Shown: positions 60,058 through 64,000 of the stretch, in pieces | Layout: every line of letters begins with the position of its first letter | Numbering within the stretch: the stretch's first letter is position 1 | Assembly (NCBI GenBank): GCA_965197585.1 | Contig: OZ240215.1 | Span: forward strand, 1,344,001-1,408,000 | Source: Dehalococcoidia bacterium | GTDB lineage: Bacteria; Chloroflexota; Dehalococcoidia; Plut-88900 | Direction: 5' to 3' | DNA: 64,000 bases | Translations under genes and position numbers: made by a program | The notes under the pieces: generated by a model | What the model was told of the DNA's origin: nothing | What the model saw: only the letters and a program-made list of their open reading frames with translations | Database searches by the model: none

Positions 60058-60228
60058 TCAACCCCTGCTCTTGCTGAAGAACGCCACAAGGAAGAAAGCG
60101 CATCCCAAAAAGAAAGTAACGCTCGCTGCGATACCTACAGGGTCTCGGGCCAGCAGGCTTTGAGTGATGAACAAAAAGCTGCAAACCAGAAAGACAATCC
60201 AGCCCGCAAGCTGAAAGGACCTCTGCAA
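60058..60228 (-). CDS. Small two-TM membrane protein (56 aa, not in the ORF track)
   Basis: Manual translation MQRSFQLAGWIVFLVCSFLFITQSLLARDPVGIAASVTFFLGCAFFLVAFFSKSRG; TTG start 8 bp after the upstream stop. Confidence 0.55.
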   Translation of the reverse strand: MQRSFQLAGWIVFLVCSFLFITQSLLARDPVGIAASVTFFLGCAFFLVAFFSKSRG

Positions 60229-60236
60229 AGTGGGGC

Positions 60237-62909
60237 CTAACCGACGACAGCGGCCAGCTTAGCCACCCTGGCCCGAGCCCCGCTCCGGGGCACGACCGCC
60301 GACGGGGACCGGTTGAGGCTCTGCACCAAGGTGTCGGTGTGGGGGATTGAGAGATGCATGAAGCCGGCGGGGACGTACTCGCACACCTGGGCCACCGCCT
60401 CCGAGGCGCCGGTCTGAGTGATGACCTCAATCTCGTCCCCGCTATTTATGCCGTTTGACGCGGCATCCTCCGTGTTAATCATGGCCCTGGTTCGGCCATC
60501 AAGCTCCACAACTCCCTTGATTTCCCGTAGCGTGCCGCTCAAAACGAAAATTGGGTAGTCGGGGTTCGCGGCCACTGTGTAAGGTCCAGTCTCGAAGGCC
60601 GACAGCAAGCCCTTGCCCCTTGCAATTCCGTCTGAGTGCAGTACCGGGGTGCCGGGGTGCGAGGCGTCGGGGCACGGCCATTGGAGCCCGACCACGCCCA
60701 GTCGGTCGTAGCTGATTCCGCCGTAGGCCGGGACCATGGAGCTTATCTCTTCCATCACCTTTGCAGGGCTTTCGTGATCGAACCCCGAGGCGCCCATCCT
60801 CGCCGCCAGAGCGCTCACCACCCCCGACACCGTCATCGAATCCCCAATGCGCTCCACAACTCTGTTAATTCTCTGCACGCGGCGTTCTGCGTTGGTAAAT
60901 GTTCCGTCCTTCTCTGCGAAGCTAGCCGCGGGGAGCACCACATCAGCCGCCCTCGCAACGTTGGAGAAGAACAGATCGTGGACTACCAGGAAATCGAGGG
61001 AAGACAGGGCCTCGGCGTCCAGGTCGGGCGCCTCTCTCTGGCTGTCGAGAGAAACGAACAGCGCCCGCAATCCATTTTCGCCGCCACCCTGCACCATCTG
61101 CCCATAGCTGAGCCCTGCTCCCGAGGGAGCGTCGGAGCCGTCGACCAGGGACACGTGGCCCGGAAGCATTGAAGGTGCGCAACCCATGTCGGTGGTGCCT
61201 TGGCTGTTCGCATCCGACCTCAGCGGGTTCACCCCCGCCGACGCCTTGCCAACGTTGCCCGTAATCAACCCCAAGTTTGCCGCGGCCCGAGCAATAGCAG
61301 CACCAGGCTCCACGGACCGCGATGTGCTGAAGAACAACGCCGCCGGCTTCTGACTAGCGTAAGCCCGTGCAGCTTCAATCAGCAGACCCTGATCGACTCC
61401 CGTGAGGTCGGACAGACCTTCAAGGGTCAAGTCTGCCAGCGAGCCGGTCAGCGCATCCAGACCTTCGCATTGACCATCGATGAATTCCTGGTCCTGTAGC
61501 CCCTCATCCAATATAACCTTGGCGAGTGCGGCCAGTACGGCCGCGCCGGTCCCGGGCAGGTGGCGCAGCCAGATCGTGGCCTCCAGGGCCAGTTCAGTCT
61601 CCACCGGATCGATGACTATGAGAGTCGCGCCCCGGTCGGCGGCCTCCTTGACCTGAATGGCGGCCACAGGGTGGTCCCAGGTCAGGTCGCTGCCATAGAC
61701 CAGGATGCAGCGAGCATCCCTCATCTCGCGGAAGCCGTTGGTCATTGCGCCCACGCCAAGGGTCTCTCCCAGGGCCGAGACACTCTCTGCATCGCACGTA
61801 GCGTCCGTGTGGTCGATATTGTTCGAACCCATCACCGACCGCGTGAACTTCTGGAGAAGGTAGTTCTCTTCGTTGGTGGCCCGCGGTGAAGCCAGAGCGC
61901 CGAAGGCCGACCCCTTGTGCTCGGCGAGTTTTCCGGAGATCAGGTCCAATGCCTCATCCCACGTGGCCTCGACAAGCTCTCCGTCTTTCTTGATATAGGG
62001 CGTCGAGATCCGGTCCTTGTTGTGGACGAACTTGTAGCCGAACTTGCCTTTGCCGCAGGCGTTGCCCTGGTTCGCGGGGCCGCTCAGGTCAGGTATGGCG
62101 CGTATAACCCGGCCCTTCTTTACCAGCAGTTCAAGCTGGCATCCCACGCTGCAGTTGGAGCAGATTGTGGTAACCGATTTCTCCGGCGCGCCCGACCATT
62201 TGTGGTCTTTCTCGGTGATTGCCCCGACCGGGCAGACGTCGACGCAAGCCCCGCAGAAGGTGCACCCGGAGTCGGACAGGGAGCCGCCAAGGGACGTGCC
62301 TATAAGGGTCCGGTCGCCGCGTTCGATGAAGGTGATGGCATTGACGCCCTCTATCTCGTTGCAGGCCCTCACGCAGCGCCCACAGACGATGCACAGGTTC
62401 ATGTCGTGGTCTATGAAGGGGTTGGATGTGTTCAGGGGCTCGTGCCGGTACTCGTAGGGCAGGTCCGAGTCCTTCATCTGAAGATGGTAGACCACGTCCT
62501 GCAACTCACACCGTTCGTTCTGCGGGCATAGCACGCACCGGTCGACAACGTTGGCATGGCGCAGGCAGATGTCCTGCGGACCACAGTGGTCGATACGCGG
62601 GCAGGTCAGGCAACCGTGGGGATGCTCCGAGAGGATCAGGTCCATGATATTGTGCCGGATCCCGTCAATGGCCTTCCCCTTCGTCGTCACCACCATCCCG
62701 TCCATTGCGCCCGTGGTACACGACGCCGGAGTCCCGCGCATCCTCTCGACCTGCACCACGCACATCCGGCACGCGCCGAACGCCTTCAGGGTCGGGTGCC
62801 AGCAGAGGTAGGGAATGTAGATTCCCGCCTCCCGAGCGGCCTCGATGATCGTCTGGCCCTTTCTGGCCTTGATCTCCCGTCCGTCTACGGTAAGCGTTAT
62901 CTCGTCCAC
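60237..62909 (-). CDS. Formate dehydrogenase alpha-like / NuoG-like molybdopterin oxidoreductase
   Basis: N-terminal 2Fe-2S, His-ligated and 2x4Fe-4S motifs, CSNCSVGC FS0, TNEENY, EKDGTFTNAERR; GTG start behind GAGGT. Confidence 0.88.
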   Translation of the reverse strand: MDEITLTVDGREIKARKGQTIIEAAREAGIYIPYLCWHPTLKAFGACRMCVVQVERMRGTPASCTTGAMDGMVVTTKGKAIDGIRHNIMDLILSEHPHGCLTCPRIDHCGPQDICLRHANVVDRCVLCPQNERCELQDVVYHLQMKDSDLPYEYRHEPLNTSNPFIDHDMNLCIVCGRCVRACNEIEGVNAITFIERGDRTLIGTSLGGSLSDSGCTFCGACVDVCPVGAITEKDHKWSGAPEKSVTTICSNCSVGCQLELLVKKGRVIRAIPDLSGPANQGNACGKGKFGYKFVHNKDRISTPYIKKDGELVEATWDEALDLISGKLAEHKGSAFGALASPRATNEENYLLQKFTRSVMGSNNIDHTDATCDAESVSALGETLGVGAMTNGFREMRDARCILVYGSDLTWDHPVAAIQVKEAADRGATLIVIDPVETELALEATIWLRHLPGTGAAVLAALAKVILDEGLQDQEFIDGQCEGLDALTGSLADLTLEGLSDLTGVDQGLLIEAARAYASQKPAALFFSTSRSVEPGAAIARAAANLGLITGNVGKASAGVNPLRSDANSQGTTDMGCAPSMLPGHVSLVDGSDAPSGAGLSYGQMVQGGGENGLRALFVSLDSQREAPDLDAEALSSLDFLVVHDLFFSNVARAADVVLPAASFAEKDGTFTNAERRVQRINRVVERIGDSMTVSGVVSALAARMGASGFDHESPAKVMEEISSMVPAYGGISYDRLGVVGLQWPCPDASHPGTPVLHSDGIARGKGLLSAFETGPYTVAANPDYPIFVLSGTLREIKGVVELDGRTRAMINTEDAASNGINSGDEIEVITQTGASEAVAQVCEYVPAGFMHLSIPHTDTLVQSLNRSPSAVVPRSGARARVAKLAAVVG

Positions 62910-62920
62910 TACTGTTACCT

Positions 62921-64000
62921 CTAACCGGGTGTGCTCAGGGCCGAGCATCGGCCCGCGGGACACACCTTATGGATAATATGAGCTTCCAGCTCGCTGGCGA
63001 AATACTTCACCGCCGACTTTATCGGGTTCACCGAAAGCTGACCGTGGCCGCAGAGGGAGGTGAGCAGGGTGTCGCCCATCGCGAGCATCTTGTCTACGTC
63101 GCCCTCCTTCGCCCTGCCCTCCGTCATGGTCTGGAACATATCGAGAATGTGCTTGGTGCCGAGCCGGCAAGGGAAACACTTGCCGCACGACTCCTCGTTG
63201 TTGAAGTCGGCCAGTATCGAGGCCATCTCCACGGGGCACGAGCTTTCGTCGCCGACAATTATTCCACCCGACCCCAGGATCGCCCCTCTTTTCGCCATCT
63301 CGTCAAAGTCCAGGGTCACGTCGATCTCCGATGGCCCGAGGAATCCGCCTAAGGGCCCGCCGGTCTGGAGCAGCTTGATCTCCTTACCCGGGCTCACTCC
63401 CCCGGCCACCTCCTCGATGACCTGACGCAAAGTGAGGCCAAAAGGCACCTCTGCCATCTGGGGCCTGGCGACGTTGCCGGTGAGGCAAACTATGGCCGTA
63501 CCCTTGCTTCTCTCCGTCCCGATTCCCGCGAACCACTCGCCGCCCCGCCTCAGTATCTCCGGGACGTAGGCGTATGTCTTCACGTTGTTTATGTTGCTCG
63601 GCTTGCCCCACAGCCCCACCTGCGCCGGGAAGGGAGGCCTGGACCGCGGCATCGCCCGCTTCCCTTCGATGGATTCCATCAATGCGGTCTCTTCCCCCGC
63701 CACGTAGGACTCGCCGGTCAGGGAAACAGCTATGTCAAAGTCGAAGCCGCTGCCCAGGATGTTCTTTCCAAGCAGCCCGTCCCTGTAGGCCTGGTCAATC
63801 GCCGTCTGCGTGGTGCGGATAACGTCTCGGTGCACACACCGGATGAAGACGTATCCCTTGCTGGCGGCGGTCGCATAGCCTGCGATGGTCATCCCTTCCA
63901 GTACGGTGTGAGGATCGCTTTCAAGGAGGCCCTTGTCGTTGTAGGCGCCCGGGTCTCCTTCCTCGGCGTTGCAGAGGATGTACTTGGTCGGGCCCGGGGC
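62921..64000 (-). CDS. nuoF: NuoF/HydB-like NAD(H)-binding flavoprotein subunit (5'-truncated by the window edge)
   Basis: CNAEEGDPGA, GEETALMESIEG, GGPLGG, ESCGKCFPCR; frame open to the window end. Confidence 0.88.
   Translation of the reverse strand, partial: APGPTKYILCNAEEGDPGAYNDKGLLESDPHTVLEGMTIAGYATAASKGYVFIRCVHRDVIRTTQTAIDQAYRDGLLGKNILGSGFDFDIAVSLTGESYVAGEETALMESIEGKRAMPRSRPPFPAQVGLWGKPSNINNVKTYAYVPEILRRGGEWFAGIGTERSKGTAIVCLTGNVARPQMAEVPFGLTLRQVIEEVAGGVSPGKEIKLLQTGGPLGGFLGPSEIDVTLDFDEMAKRGAILGSGGIIVGDESSCPVEMASILADFNNEESCGKCFPCRLGTKHILDMFQTMTEGRAKEGDVDKMLAMGDTLLTSLCGHGQLSVNPIKSAVKYFASELEAHIIHKVCPAGRCSALSTPG

Noticed and set aside
61790-61830. Selenocysteine recoding in the FdhA-like gene
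   Set aside because: The ligand codon is Cys and the frame has no internal TGA.

Overview
GC-rich bacterial chromosomal window. The gene content suggests a Chloroflexota (Dehalococcoidia/SAR202-like) genome; this is an inference from LLM/F420-type oxidoreductases, SDR, an amidohydrolase, PTAM-repeat lipoprotein solute-binding proteins and a GAAC-N4-GTTC SOS box. Left to right: dnaK; a LexA-boxed repair radical-SAM gene; a catabolic cluster; three tandem PotD-like binding proteins and a fused ABC permease; a putative lipid operon (acyl-CoA reductase-acyltransferase fusion, HAD-IB, Zn-ADH, LarA-like, DAG kinase); a DUF5343-like gene divergent from an orphan ftsZ paralog across an array of AGGCAA motifs; an alternative complex III operon with an LLM gene inside it; a System I cytochrome c maturation cluster (atypical CcmE, duplicated CcmD) interrupted by a NYN RNase gene preceded by a promoter, a structured leader and a terminator; two DAO-family paralogs; an IS110 element in a REP-like repeat whose ends, junction promoter and bridge-RNA guides can be read from the sequence; an acyl-CoA synthetase alpha subunit; mutL-mutS; and an FdhA-like/NuoF-like pair truncated by the window edge. 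No rRNA, tRNA or CRISPR array was seen. All family calls come from motif recognition by eye, not database searches.
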